Under the pieces are notes generated by a model that saw only the letters and a program-made list of their open reading frames with translations, was not told where the DNA came from and did no database searches. A DNA stretch of 64,000 bases from Candidatus Eiseniibacteriota bacterium (lineage in GTDB: Bacteria > Eisenbacteria > RBG-16-71-46 > CAIMUX01 > VGJL01), in the NCBI GenBank assembly GCA_041946735.1, contig JBHGAY010000019.1:1-64000 (forward strand), read 5' to 3'. The translations under genes and the position numbers were made by a program. Below are positions 18,235 through 27,838 of the stretch, piece after piece. How positions within the stretch are numbered: the first letter of the stretch is position 1; each line of letters starts with the position of its first letter.

Positions 18235-21102
18235 TTAGAAGCTGGTCTTCAGGCCGAACCGCACCATGCGCGGGCTGTCCCAGTTGTTCGGATTGCTCTG
18301 CGCGAGCTCGTAGAGCGCCCTCGCCTCGTCCGTGTTGTACGACGCGGCACCCGTCGGCTGGCTCAGCCAGCCCGTTTCCTCGGGGTCGCCGCTCGACGCG
18401 TAGACGCTCGTCGGATTGCGCCGATCGAACACGTTCAGCACCCACACGTAGGCGCCGAGATCGAGCCCGCCAAAGCGGAACGACCGGTCGACCTTCATGT
18501 CGACCCGGTAGCGCCACGGACCGTATCGCGAGTTGATCGGACCGGCCGGCTCGATGTTCACCGCCGCCAGCGTCACTTCGTCGTACGGCTTCGTCGGGGT
18601 GTAGGGATTGCCGCTGCCGATGCTCGCCAGAACGTTCAAGCCGGTGTTCTGGAGCACCTTCATCCCACCCAGCTCCGGGCCCGCGTTCGGACCCAGCCGC
18701 CAGTCGACGTTCACCGAGAGCTTGTGCCGCTGATCGAAATCGAGCGGCGCCGTCTGCTTCGGCGAGATCCCGCCGGTCCAGGCGATGTTGCGTTGGGTGT
18801 TCGCGACCGAGCCGGTGCCGTTCGCGAAGGAGAAGGTGTAGTTGACGGTCGCCGTGATGTTGTTCGTCCGGCGGAGGTCGAAGGTGAAGTCGAGCCCCTT
18901 GATGGTCCCGTAGTCGGTGTTGCGATAGGACGAGTAGGAGTTCGGGGAGGAGCGGATCGACTGCACCTGCACGAGGTCCTGGACGTTCTTGTAGAAGAGC
19001 GTGACGTCGAAGCGCGCGTTGTCCGCCATCTGCTGCGAGAAGCCGACCTCGTACGCCGTCGTCGTCTCGGGAATCAGATTCGGGTTGCCGAACGCGTAGT
19101 AGTAGCCGCCGACCCGCGCCTTGTACGCGAGGTAGTTATAGCCGGCGTAGAGGTCCTCGAGATTCGGCTGCTGGTAGAAGATCCCGTAGTTCGCGTGGAA
19201 CTGCGTGCGATCCGAGACCGGGAAGGCGACGCCGAGGCGTGGCGAGAGCTTGTTGTGGGCCTCGCCGGTCTTCAGGTCCTGCGGATCCAGAACGGCGCGG
19301 TCCTCCCCGAGCGGAAGCGTCTCGTTGGCGAGCACCTCGGTGTCGACATCGAGATAGTCGTACCGGAGTCCCGCGTTCAATACGAACTGGTCCAGCTCGT
19401 ACTTGTTCTGCAGGTAGACCGAAGCGTCCTTCGGATGCTTCGCGCCGTCGAGCCCGTCGTCCAGATGCTTCTCCGGATCGGTCAGGTCGTAGCCGAAGCG
19501 ATCGACGTCGACGACGCTCGTCCCCTCGTTGACCACGTCGCCGTTCTCGTCGGTAACCACCTGCACGGGGAAGAGGTGCCGGTAGCGGCGCAACGTGTGG
19601 TAGCGGTACTCGACTCCGAACTTCGCCGTGTTGTTCTGCGTCCACTCCGACGAGAGGTCCCCCTTGAATCCGTAGTACGAGGATTCCCGGTGCAGGTAGT
19701 CGTCATAGACGTGGGCGGTGGAGTCGTTGACCGAGCCGTCCTCCCGGATCGTCGGACCGTAGAAGAACAGCGGCATGCTCGGATCGTAGCGCGGATTCCC
19801 GAGCGGCCGGCCGTAGGCGCCCAGGTCCTTGAACGCGACGCCGTCGCCGCGGAAGCGCTCGGTGTAGAAGTGGTTGACGCCAACCGTGTAGAAGGTCTTC
19901 GGGTTGAGCGTGTGTGTCATCGTTCCGAAGACCGACCAGTTCGTGTCCTCGTAGCGCGGCATGTGGGAAGCGTCGAAGAGGTACTGGTGGTGGTACTCCT
20001 GCCAGTCGTCCTTCGAGGCGAGCCCGCCCACCCGCAGCTTCATGGCCGGGTTCAGGTCCCACGAGAGCTTCGCCTGTCCGGTCCACCCGCCCAGCTCGTT
20101 GGACGGCAGATGGTCGTCCTTGTAGAGGCTCAGGTACTGGTTCGGGAATCCCAGGTCCCCGATCGGCCGGGGATCCCGGTCCCGCTGCCAGCGGCGCTCC
20201 CCGCTCACGAAGAAGTTCATCTTCGGATTGCCGGGAACGATCGGCCCGCCGAGGGACAGGTCATACGTGTTGTAGTCGTAGGACTTCGCGCCGATCCAGT
20301 CGCCGGCGAGCGCGTCGGTTGCCACCTCCGCGGCTCCAAAGTACTTGGAGGCCCCTTCGCGGGTGATGACGTTGACCGCGCCCGACATGATCTTGCCGTA
20401 TTCGGCGTTGAAGCCGCCGGTCATGACCACGATCTGGTCGATCGCGTTCTGGTTGATCGAGGTGGTCGACAGACCCGTGAGCGGGTCCTGCTGCGAGAAC
20501 CCGTCGACGAAGTACGCGACCTCCTCGGCGCGGCCTCCCCGAACGTGCAAGCTCGGGTTGTTGCTGCTCTCCACGTCGAGGTCGCCGTAGAGGTCCTGGT
20601 TGATCTGGTTCGAGGTGATGCCGGCCTGGAGGCTCGCCGCCTCCTGGTAGCCGCGGGTCGGCAGGTTCTCGATCTGCTCACGATCGACGAAGCGCGTCGT
20701 TCCCGTCAGGTCTTTCTGGATCAGCGGCTTCTCCGCCTTGATCTCGATCGTCTCGATTCCACCGAGCACGGTCTGCTCGAGCTGGAAGTCGAGCGTGGTG
20801 GTGAAGTCCGGGACGACCCGGACCTCGTCCACCACGACGGGCTGATAGCCGACGAGCGACGCCTGGACTCGATAGGTGCCCGCGGGGACGTTGAGGACCG
20901 AGTAGCGGCCCTCCGCGTCCGCGGTCGTCCCGATCAAGGTCCCCAGGAGTGAGACGTTGGCATTCGGGAGCGGCTGTCCCGATTGCTTGTTGGTCACGAC
21001 CCCTGAGATCTTCCCCACCGTTCCCGCCCATGCCGCCGTCCCCACGACGAGCGCGAGCAAGGCGAGCAGGAGGATCCGGTGGAGCCGGTTCTGCAGGAAC
21101 AT
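18235..21102 (-). CDS. TonB-dependent receptor with N-terminal carboxypeptidase-regulatory-like domain
   Basis: GKISGVV...LPNANV; plug HVRGGRAEE and TGGFNAEYG; NAGLRYD, PRLGVAF and GNPNL; terminal FGLKTSF. Confidence 0.93.
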   Translation of the reverse strand: MFLQNRLHRILLLALLALVVGTAAWAGTVGKISGVVTNKQSGQPLPNANVSLLGTLIGTTADAEGRYSVLNVPAGTYRVQASLVGYQPVVVDEVRVVPDFTTTLDFQLEQTVLGGIETIEIKAEKPLIQKDLTGTTRFVDREQIENLPTRGYQEAASLQAGITSNQINQDLYGDLDVESSNNPSLHVRGGRAEEVAYFVDGFSQQDPLTGLSTTSINQNAIDQIVVMTGGFNAEYGKIMSGAVNVITREGASKYFGAAEVATDALAGDWIGAKSYDYNTYDLSLGGPIVPGNPKMNFFVSGERRWQRDRDPRPIGDLGFPNQYLSLYKDDHLPSNELGGWTGQAKLSWDLNPAMKLRVGGLASKDDWQEYHHQYLFDASHMPRYEDTNWSVFGTMTHTLNPKTFYTVGVNHFYTERFRGDGVAFKDLGAYGRPLGNPRYDPSMPLFFYGPTIREDGSVNDSTAHVYDDYLHRESSYYGFKGDLSSEWTQNNTAKFGVEYRYHTLRRYRHLFPVQVVTDENGDVVNEGTSVVDVDRFGYDLTDPEKHLDDGLDGAKHPKDASVYLQNKYELDQFVLNAGLRYDYLDVDTEVLANETLPLGEDRAVLDPQDLKTGEAHNKLSPRLGVAFPVSDRTQFHANYGIFYQQPNLEDLYAGYNYLAYKARVGGYYYAFGNPNLIPETTTAYEVGFSQQMADNARFDVTLFYKNVQDLVQVQSIRSSPNSYSSYRNTDYGTIKGLDFTFDLRRTNNITATVNYTFSFANGTGSVANTQRNIAWTGGISPKQTAPLDFDQRHKLSVNVDWRLGPNAGPELGGMKVLQNTGLNVLASIGSGNPYTPTKPYDEVTLAAVNIEPAGPINSRYGPWRYRVDMKVDRSFRFGGLDLGAYVWVLNVFDRRNPTSVYASSGDPEETGWLSQPTGAASYNTDEARALYELAQSNPNNWDSPRMVRFGLKTSF

Positions 21103-21241
21103 TACGACCCCCTTTTGCTCGGAAGCGAGCTTCCTTCGGACTCCGTTCCACGGGCCGCGTCGGCCCGAGCGCCGCGGTCTCTCGTGCCCGGCGCGCACAT
21201 GCAAAGTGGCTGCACGAAGACCCTAGGCTAAGGGCGCTGGC

Positions 21242-21270
21242 AAGATAGGTTGCGGGTCGGCGGCTGTCAA
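21242..21270 (-). promoter_or_regulatory. Sigma70-type promoter for the TonB-receptor operon
   Basis: TTGACA-N17-TATCTT on the minus strand. Confidence 0.7.
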
Positions 21271-21374
21271 GAAATCTTTCGTCGCCCGGCTCCCGGTGCC
21301 CCTCCTCCAGGTCGCGGCGTGCGATCCGCACGATCCGGTCGTGCCGAATGCACCGACGCCGCCCGCCGGTCCTG

Positions 21375-21402
21375 TTATCGGCCGCCCGCAAGCTCAGCTT
21401 TT
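21375..21402 (-). promoter_or_regulatory. Sigma28/FliA-like promoter facing the TonB-receptor operon
   Basis: AAAA-N16-GCCGATAA; the -10 element matches consensus exactly. Confidence 0.5.
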
Positions 21403-21511
21403 GTGGTCTGGCGGAGGACCCCGGAGCGCGGGAACGGAAGATGCTCCCGCTCCCAGGAGCCGGAATCCGGACGGGGACGCCTGCGCCGTCCCGCGCCGGA
21501 GGGGGGGACTC

Positions 21512-21988
21512 ATGAAGCCGATGCCGGAACCCGGCGGGCGCAGTCGTGCCCAGGCCGGTTTCACACTGGTCGAGCTGATGGTCGCGCTGACCATTCTGGC
21601 CATCGGGATCCTCTCGATCGGCCAAATCTTTGCCGTCTCCGCTCGCCACGCGATTCACGGGAAGACGGAGACGACCGCAGTCGCCCTCGCGCGCGAGATC
21701 GAAGAGAAGATCTTAAGCGAGTCCGTCGATCAGGTAAAAACGATGTTCGACGAGGTGGACACTTCGGTGCCCGCGTCTATTACGACCCCCTGCGAGGAGT
21801 GGGCCGCGCACGTCTCCACCTACCTCGGGGGCGTGGGAGGGCGGGGCCGGATCCAGGTCATGGACTCGACCGAGGACCCCGGCTTGATCCCGGGGATGAT
21901 GGGGGTCCGGATCCAGATCCAGTGGCTCGAGCGGGGGGACACGCTCGTCGTTCCCCTCGAGTTCGCGACCACCTCGGTCGGCTCCTGA
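21512..21988 (+). CDS. Minor pilin, PilV-like
   Basis: Class III signal AG|FTLVELMVALTILAIGILSI. Confidence 0.85.
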   Translation: MKPMPEPGGRSRAQAGFTLVELMVALTILAIGILSIGQIFAVSARHAIHGKTETTAVALAREIEEKILSESVDQVKTMFDEVDTSVPASITTPCEEWAAHVSTYLGGVGGRGRIQVMDSTEDPGLIPGMMGVRIQIQWLERGDTLVVPLEFATTSVGS

Positions 21989-22001
21989 GGAGGGTCCTGC
22001 G

Positions 22002-23600
22002 ATGCGACGGAGCGGCATCCTGCTGGAGGGGAGGGAGTGCGGATCCGCGCTCCTCCTCGCGCTTCTCATCCTCGGAGCCCTCTCGATCCTGGGCGGCTCG
22101 ATCGCCTTCGTCTCGATGAACGACCGCAACCTCTCGCGCTACGACCGGGAGAGCGTCGAGGCGCTCGCCGCCGCGGAGACCGGGGTCGCCTTCGCCAAGC
22201 GGAACATTCGCGACTTGACCGCCCCGATGGAAGACGAAGACGGCGACGGCCGGCCCGATTTCCGTCTGGCCGACACGCTTTCCTGGGGCGGCTCGTACAG
22301 CGTGGTCTGCGAGGCAAGCGACGTGAAAGGGCTCGGCATCACCGCCTACCAGGCCAACGGCTTCACGATCCTCTCCGAGGGGAGCTTCCATGGAGCGAAA
22401 CGGCGCGTGAAGTCGGAGATCGTCCACGACAGCTTCCTGAAATACGCTCGCTTTACGGCGATGTCGGACCTGACGTACGCGTGCGACGCCAACATCACGG
22501 GGGAGGTATTCGTCAACGGCGACCTCAACATTCCGTGCGGCTGCGCGCTCGGGCGCCAGTGCCGCTTCCTCGAGTTGGTCACGGTCGTCGACGGCATCCC
22601 GAACGCGGGGTGCGGCGACTTCTATCGCGGATACGTGACGGACGCCGACCCGATCGACTTGCAGAATTCCTTCAACTGGACCGACATCCGCAACAAAGCG
22701 CGAGGTCTCGCGGCGGACAACGCGTGCGAACGGAAGGGCAACATCGGGCTCTACTTCAACCTTCCCGGCACCGACCCGCTCGGCTTGCACGCTCAGGCGG
22801 GAGCCGATCTCGACGTCCTCGTTCTCGACAAATTCGATTTCCAGGACGTGGTCACCGCTCCACCCGACACCATCGTCCGCTACAACGGAAACGTGGTGAT
22901 CAATCCGAATACCGGGCAAGCGCTGCGGACCCGTGACTTCAACGGCATCATCTTCTTCGAGAACCTCGGCACCCTGCGCGGGACGCTGGACGGCGTCAGC
23001 GCCCACAGCATCACCGTCTACGCGACGAACGACATCTACGTCCGCAACCACGTCGTCACGGGATCGACCGGGTACGACCCCGTCACCCGCCTCCCGAACC
23101 ACACCGGCGATCCGGTGAACGTCGGCCTCGTCGCCGAGGACTACATCTACATGCACAAGAACACCCCGCGGGTGCTCCGCGTCGACGCGATGCTCCTCTC
23201 CCGCACATCGAACTGGTCCGGGCTCGGGCTGGAATCCGACCACCCGGTCGCTCCGGCAGGGCCCCTCGACCTCGACATGGACGGGATCGCCGGCGAGACG
23301 CCGCACAACGACGATCCGGTCCCGGGCGAGGGGTGGGACGAGATGAATATCACCGCGAACACCTGGGTGCTGAACATCAACGGCGGGATCATCACCATGG
23401 GGACGGGAAGCGCCGCGCCGTGGAACAACGCCAACGTACTGTTGAACGCGACCGGCCCGACGCGGCGTTACAACTACGACCTCGACCTCACGGCCTATCC
23501 CCCGCCCTGCTTCCCGGTGCCGCTCAACTTGTACAAGGACGTCTCCTGGACGGAGATCTTCGACGTCCAGCATCCGCTCGCGGATCATCTGCCCGACTAG
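22002..23600 (+). CDS. PilX-like minor pilin with large C-terminal domain
   Basis: G|SALLLALLILGALSILGG lacking Glu5, then ALAAAETGV, typical of a PilX N-terminus. Confidence 0.78.
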   Translation: MRRSGILLEGRECGSALLLALLILGALSILGGSIAFVSMNDRNLSRYDRESVEALAAAETGVAFAKRNIRDLTAPMEDEDGDGRPDFRLADTLSWGGSYSVVCEASDVKGLGITAYQANGFTILSEGSFHGAKRRVKSEIVHDSFLKYARFTAMSDLTYACDANITGEVFVNGDLNIPCGCALGRQCRFLELVTVVDGIPNAGCGDFYRGYVTDADPIDLQNSFNWTDIRNKARGLAADNACERKGNIGLYFNLPGTDPLGLHAQAGADLDVLVLDKFDFQDVVTAPPDTIVRYNGNVVINPNTGQALRTRDFNGIIFFENLGTLRGTLDGVSAHSITVYATNDIYVRNHVVTGSTGYDPVTRLPNHTGDPVNVGLVAEDYIYMHKNTPRVLRVDAMLLSRTSNWSGLGLESDHPVAPAGPLDLDMDGIAGETPHNDDPVPGEGWDEMNITANTWVLNINGGIITMGTGSAAPWNNANVLLNATGPTRRYNYDLDLTAYPPPCFPVPLNLYKDVSWTEIFDVQHPLADHLPD

Positions 23601-23613
23601 AGGAGGCAGCGGG

Positions 23614-24102
23614 ATGACGGCGAAACGGCGATGCGGGTCGCGCGGCTTCACGCTCGTCGAGGCGATGGTGGTCCTCACCGTCCTCGGGATTCTGTTGGCG
23701 ACGGCGATCCCGGGGTTCCGCGGGTCCAACGAGCGACGGCGGACCGAAGGGGCCGCGCAGGAACTCTCCTCGCGGCTGCAGCTCGCACGTCACCGCGCGG
23801 TGGCCACGCGCTGCCCGATCCGTCTCATCGTGGACGAAGAGGAGCGCGCCTATCAGTTCGAACGGATGGTGAACGATTCCACCTGGGCCACCGATCCGGC
23901 GGAGAGCTACCACGTTCCCGACCGGGTCGGATGGGCGGTCGAGACGGCCGACGGCGGCGGGATCGTCACGTTCGAGAGCCGCGGAACGGTCCAACAGCAG
24001 GAGGCTCCCCTTCGCGTTCACTTCTGGAGCGCGGCGGGGGACAGCTTCGTCGTATCCCTCGTCCGGACCGGACGCGTCTCCGTCCGCGGGGAGGGATCGT
24101 GA
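23614..24102 (+). CDS. FimT/GspH-like minor pilin
   Basis: RG|FTLVEAMVVLTVLGILL; LSSRLQLARHRAV; VTFESRG. Confidence 0.85.
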   Translation: MTAKRRCGSRGFTLVEAMVVLTVLGILLATAIPGFRGSNERRRTEGAAQELSSRLQLARHRAVATRCPIRLIVDEEERAYQFERMVNDSTWATDPAESYHVPDRVGWAVETADGGGIVTFESRGTVQQQEAPLRVHFWSAAGDSFVVSLVRTGRVSVRGEGS

Positions 24103-24116
24103 ACCGGGAGGAGATC

Positions 24117-26942
24117 ATGAGGCGCCGCGCCGGAGCGCCCGGCTTCACCCTGGTCGAGACGCTCGTCGTCGTCCTGATCACCGGGATCGTGGCCGGAGGG
24201 CTCTACCAGATGTTCTACGCCGGCAGGCGTAGCCACGACGTCCAGAAGAACCTGATCGAGATGCAGCAGAACGCGCGCGTCGCGATCTCCTCGCTGGCGG
24301 ACGACTTCCGTCACGTCAGCTATGGAAAGGATCCGACGCAGCCTTCGATCCGCTATGCAGGGCCCGACTCGATCGTCTTCATCGCCGACCTGATGCCGGA
24401 GGTCGGCGGTGCGGAAGTGATCTCCTACTACCTCGACGGCGACGGTGACCCGGATACGCCCAACCCGAACGACACGATCCTGATGAAGGCGGTCGCCGAC
24501 AGCGGCGGCAACGTCCTCTTCGCGCAGCCGCAGTCGTACGGGATCCAGACAGGCGGACTGGCGATGCGGTACTTCAACGGCGGCGGCACCGAGCTGGAGA
24601 ACCCGGTCCCGCAGCCCGAGCTGATCGGCGAGATGCTGGTCGAGGTGACGGCGACCGAGGCGGCGTCGCGCACCGGGGAGTACGCGACGATGCCGCTCGC
24701 CGCAACCGTGTATCCGAGGAATCTCCCTCTCTCGCCGGCCCGCAGCCGTCCCTCCACGCCCGGCCTCGTCTCCCTGACCCACCCGAACTGCAGCGCGGCG
24801 ACGATGCAGTGGACGACGCCGACGACGAACACCGACGGCAGCGATCTGCCCCTGTCCGAGATCAGCCACTTCAACTTCTACATCGGGACCGCTCTCGACG
24901 ACATGTCGCTCAACGCGCGTCTCGCCCGCACGTTCAACGAATGGACCGTCTCCGGCCTCGGATGCTCGACCTACTATCTGCAGGTGACGTGCGTCAGCCG
25001 CAGCGGCGTCGAGAGCTACCCGTGCACGAGCCAGTTCACCGTCTCGGGAGGGAGCCTGCCGAAGGCGCCCGCGGGGCTCTTCGCGGCCGACTCGGTCGGG
25101 GTGCGGTTGACCTGGCCGCCAGTGACGCAGTTCGTCGACGACACCCCGATCACGGCGCAGGTCGAGTACCTGGTCTACCGGGATACGACGACCCCGTTCA
25201 CGCCTTCGGAAGGCAACTGCATCGCGGAGGTCGGAACGGCGACGCAGTATCACGACGAGGCATCGAACAACTGCGCCACCTACTACTACCTCGTGACGGC
25301 GCGTGTCTGCTGCGAGGAGGGGGCCCCGTCCCCCGAGGCGAGCGCCGACCGTCCCTCCCCCCCGCAATGCCCGACGAACCTCGTCGCCTCCAACGGCCCC
25401 GAGCCGGCCTCGATCGACGTCTCCTGGACGCATCCGGTAGTCCGCGAGGATCTCTCCCCGCTCGACGCCTCGGACATCGTCGCCACCTACGTCTACTACG
25501 ACACGCTCGCCGGCTCGGACGCGAACGTGGCGGTCTTCAGCGGAGAGGCGACCTCGGGCACCCTCACCGGCCTGAACGCCTGCCGTGACTACTACGTTCA
25601 CGCGCGGACACAGGACGCCTGCGGGCACATGAGCAGCAGCGAATGCCTCGTCAACGAGACGGCGTTCCATCTCGGCTCTCCGTGCGACGACACTCCTCCC
25701 GCGGCGCCGACCGACCTTCAGCTCGTGGCGCAGGACGACCGCCTGCTGCTGAAGTGGCCGGCGAACACGACCGACTGCGACTTCGAGGGCTACGAGCTTC
25801 TCTACGGGCCGGTGAGCGGCGTCTACAATGGAACCGGCGCCGTCGAAGGGAACTCCCCGATCTGGATCGACTCCGGCATCGCGCAGAACGGCGTTTGCGA
25901 GTTCGCCCTGACCGGCCTCGCGGAATGTACCACCTACTACGTCGCCGTCCGGTGCGCCGACTCCTGCGATCCACCGAACGTGAGCGAGCCTTCCCCGGAG
26001 CGTAACGGCGTCACGAGCTGCACGCCGTGCCAGATCCAAGCGTCTTGCCCCACCTGGGTCGCGACGCCGAACGCCACCTATCGCGACCTCCACCTGGAGG
26101 TCTACTCGACGAGCGGCACCGACCTGACGCTCGACCGCCTCTCCCCCGTCTTCGAGGGGGGCGCGAACATCCTCTCCGTGTACTACGGACGGCCGCTCGA
26201 GAAGATCTGGAGCGCGGACGGAAGCGCGGGCGAGGACGGTCCGGTCGGGCCGCGGCCCTCGGGGAGCGTGCTCGAGGTCGACGACGTGACGGTCCCGGGC
26301 TGGACCGACGAGGAGGACGGCGAGCCGCTCGCCCTGCTCTTCGACGCGGACATGCGCGACGTCCCGGTCACGATGCGGTTCAAAGGTCCCTCCGGCGCGT
26401 ACTGCACGTCCGACGGGACCGGCCGGGCCGCCTCCGTCTTCGACGACTTCGACGACGGCAACATCGACGGCTGGACCGTCCGCAGCGGGACGTGGACGTC
26501 GAACAACGGGGAGCTCCTCCAGTCCTCGACGACCAACATGCGGACGCTGATCGGCAACAGCGTCGTCGCCGACATCACGTGGGAAGGAAAGGTCAAGATC
26601 GTGACCGGCACGCAGGCCTACCTCGTGTTCCGCTACGGCGACGACAACAACATGTACATGGCGGGGATTCGTAGCGATACGAACTATGTCCGCCTCCTCC
26701 GCCTGCGTTCGGGAACTCTGACCGAGACGAAGAGCGTCTACGCTCCGATCTCGAACAACACCTGGTACGACCTGAAGGTGGTGGTCGCGGCGAAGACGGT
26801 CCGCGTCTGGCTGGACTGCGTGGAGATCCTCCAGCTCACCGACATGAACATGAGGGACACGGGCAAGATCGGCTTCCGGACCTCCTCGACCGCGGCCCGC
26901 TGGGACGACATGCGGTGCATGACGTCGGCGCTGCTCCCGTGA
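24117..26942 (+). CDS. PilW-like pilin fused to about four FN3 domains and a C-terminal concanavalin/DUF1080-like domain
   Basis: PG|FTLVETLVVVLITG and MQQNARVAI; four P-x-x-P...W...YY-x-V units; C-terminal DDFDDG...NTWYDLKV...GKIGF...WDD; GGAGGAG RBS. Confidence 0.8.
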   Translation: MRRRAGAPGFTLVETLVVVLITGIVAGGLYQMFYAGRRSHDVQKNLIEMQQNARVAISSLADDFRHVSYGKDPTQPSIRYAGPDSIVFIADLMPEVGGAEVISYYLDGDGDPDTPNPNDTILMKAVADSGGNVLFAQPQSYGIQTGGLAMRYFNGGGTELENPVPQPELIGEMLVEVTATEAASRTGEYATMPLAATVYPRNLPLSPARSRPSTPGLVSLTHPNCSAATMQWTTPTTNTDGSDLPLSEISHFNFYIGTALDDMSLNARLARTFNEWTVSGLGCSTYYLQVTCVSRSGVESYPCTSQFTVSGGSLPKAPAGLFAADSVGVRLTWPPVTQFVDDTPITAQVEYLVYRDTTTPFTPSEGNCIAEVGTATQYHDEASNNCATYYYLVTARVCCEEGAPSPEASADRPSPPQCPTNLVASNGPEPASIDVSWTHPVVREDLSPLDASDIVATYVYYDTLAGSDANVAVFSGEATSGTLTGLNACRDYYVHARTQDACGHMSSSECLVNETAFHLGSPCDDTPPAAPTDLQLVAQDDRLLLKWPANTTDCDFEGYELLYGPVSGVYNGTGAVEGNSPIWIDSGIAQNGVCEFALTGLAECTTYYVAVRCADSCDPPNVSEPSPERNGVTSCTPCQIQASCPTWVATPNATYRDLHLEVYSTSGTDLTLDRLSPVFEGGANILSVYYGRPLEKIWSADGSAGEDGPVGPRPSGSVLEVDDVTVPGWTDEEDGEPLALLFDADMRDVPVTMRFKGPSGAYCTSDGTGRAASVFDDFDDGNIDGWTVRSGTWTSNNGELLQSSTTNMRTLIGNSVVADITWEGKVKIVTGTQAYLVFRYGDDNNMYMAGIRSDTNYVRLLRLRSGTLTETKSVYAPISNNTWYDLKVVVAAKTVRVWLDCVEILQLTDMNMRDTGKIGFRTSSTAARWDDMRCMTSALLP

Positions 26943-27826
26943 CCGGGGCGCGTCGCGCGGACCGGCATCCGGAGCGGGCCGCCAGGCTCCTGCCGCTCGT
27001 CGCGCTCTGTCTCCTCGGCTACCTCGCGTCGCCCGCGGCGGGGAAGGCGCACGCCGCCTCCCCCGCCGCCGTGCTGCGGATCGCCTACACGGCCGAGTTG
27101 CGCGGCAACCTGCAGCCTTGCTCCTGCCCGGCCAATCCGCTCGGAGGGCTCGCGCGTCGCATCGGGTTCCTCGACTCGCTCCGGACGGCGCCGGATCCGG
27201 CGCCTCTCCTCGTCCTCGACGCCGGGCGGATGCTTCCCGAACGGGACCGCTTCCCCCGGCTCCCGGCCGGCGCCTTCGCCCGGCTTCAGGACCTCACGAT
27301 CGAGGCGGCGGCGGAAGCGTCCTACGACGCGATCCTCTCCGACGACGGCTCGATTCCCGATGCCCGTTGGATCCCTCCGCTGCAGGCGCGCCGCGTGGAG
27401 ATCGCCGGCAAGCGGATCGGCATCTGCGCGCTCGAGGAACGGTTCGACCCGCTCGAGGCCCGAGAGGCGGTAGGGGCGCTCGGGCGGGTCGACCTCCTGA
27501 TCCTCCTCTGCTCGGCGGATCTCCACTATGCGATGCGCGCCGCGAAGCTCCTCGGCGCCCGGGCGGCGATCGTCGCGCGCGGCGCGGACTTCGACCGTCC
27601 CGTTCTGCTCGACGGGGTCCTCTTCTTCGGGCCCGGACGCGACGGAAGGCACACCGGCTACGCGCGGATCGAGGTGCGCCGCGGCGAGGCTCCCCGGGTG
27701 CTCGAGGGAAAGCTGCGCGCGATGGACGGCTCGACGCCGGTCGATCCGCAGTGGCAGGACCGCGTGGAGCGGCTGCTCCTCGAGATCGATCAGGAAAGCC
27801 CCGGGGCGCTCGCCTGGGGCGAGTGA
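26939..27826 (+). CDS. Exported UshA/5'-nucleotidase-like N-terminal domain protein with CxC motif
   Basis: Signal-like segment; YTAELRGNLQPCSCPANPLGGLARR and LVLDAG; GTG start overlaps the upstream TGA. Confidence 0.7.
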   Translation: MTGARRADRHPERAARLLPLVALCLLGYLASPAAGKAHAASPAAVLRIAYTAELRGNLQPCSCPANPLGGLARRIGFLDSLRTAPDPAPLLVLDAGRMLPERDRFPRLPAGAFARLQDLTIEAAAEASYDAILSDDGSIPDARWIPPLQARRVEIAGKRIGICALEERFDPLEAREAVGALGRVDLLILLCSADLHYAMRAAKLLGARAAIVARGADFDRPVLLDGVLFFGPGRDGRHTGYARIEVRRGEAPRVLEGKLRAMDGSTPVDPQWQDRVERLLLEIDQESPGALAWGE

Positions 27827-27838
27827 GGCCGCCTCCGA

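Noticed and set aside
27118..27126. Selenocysteine recoding in the UshA-like CxC motif
   Set aside because: The codons read TGC TCC TGC, with no in-frame TGA.
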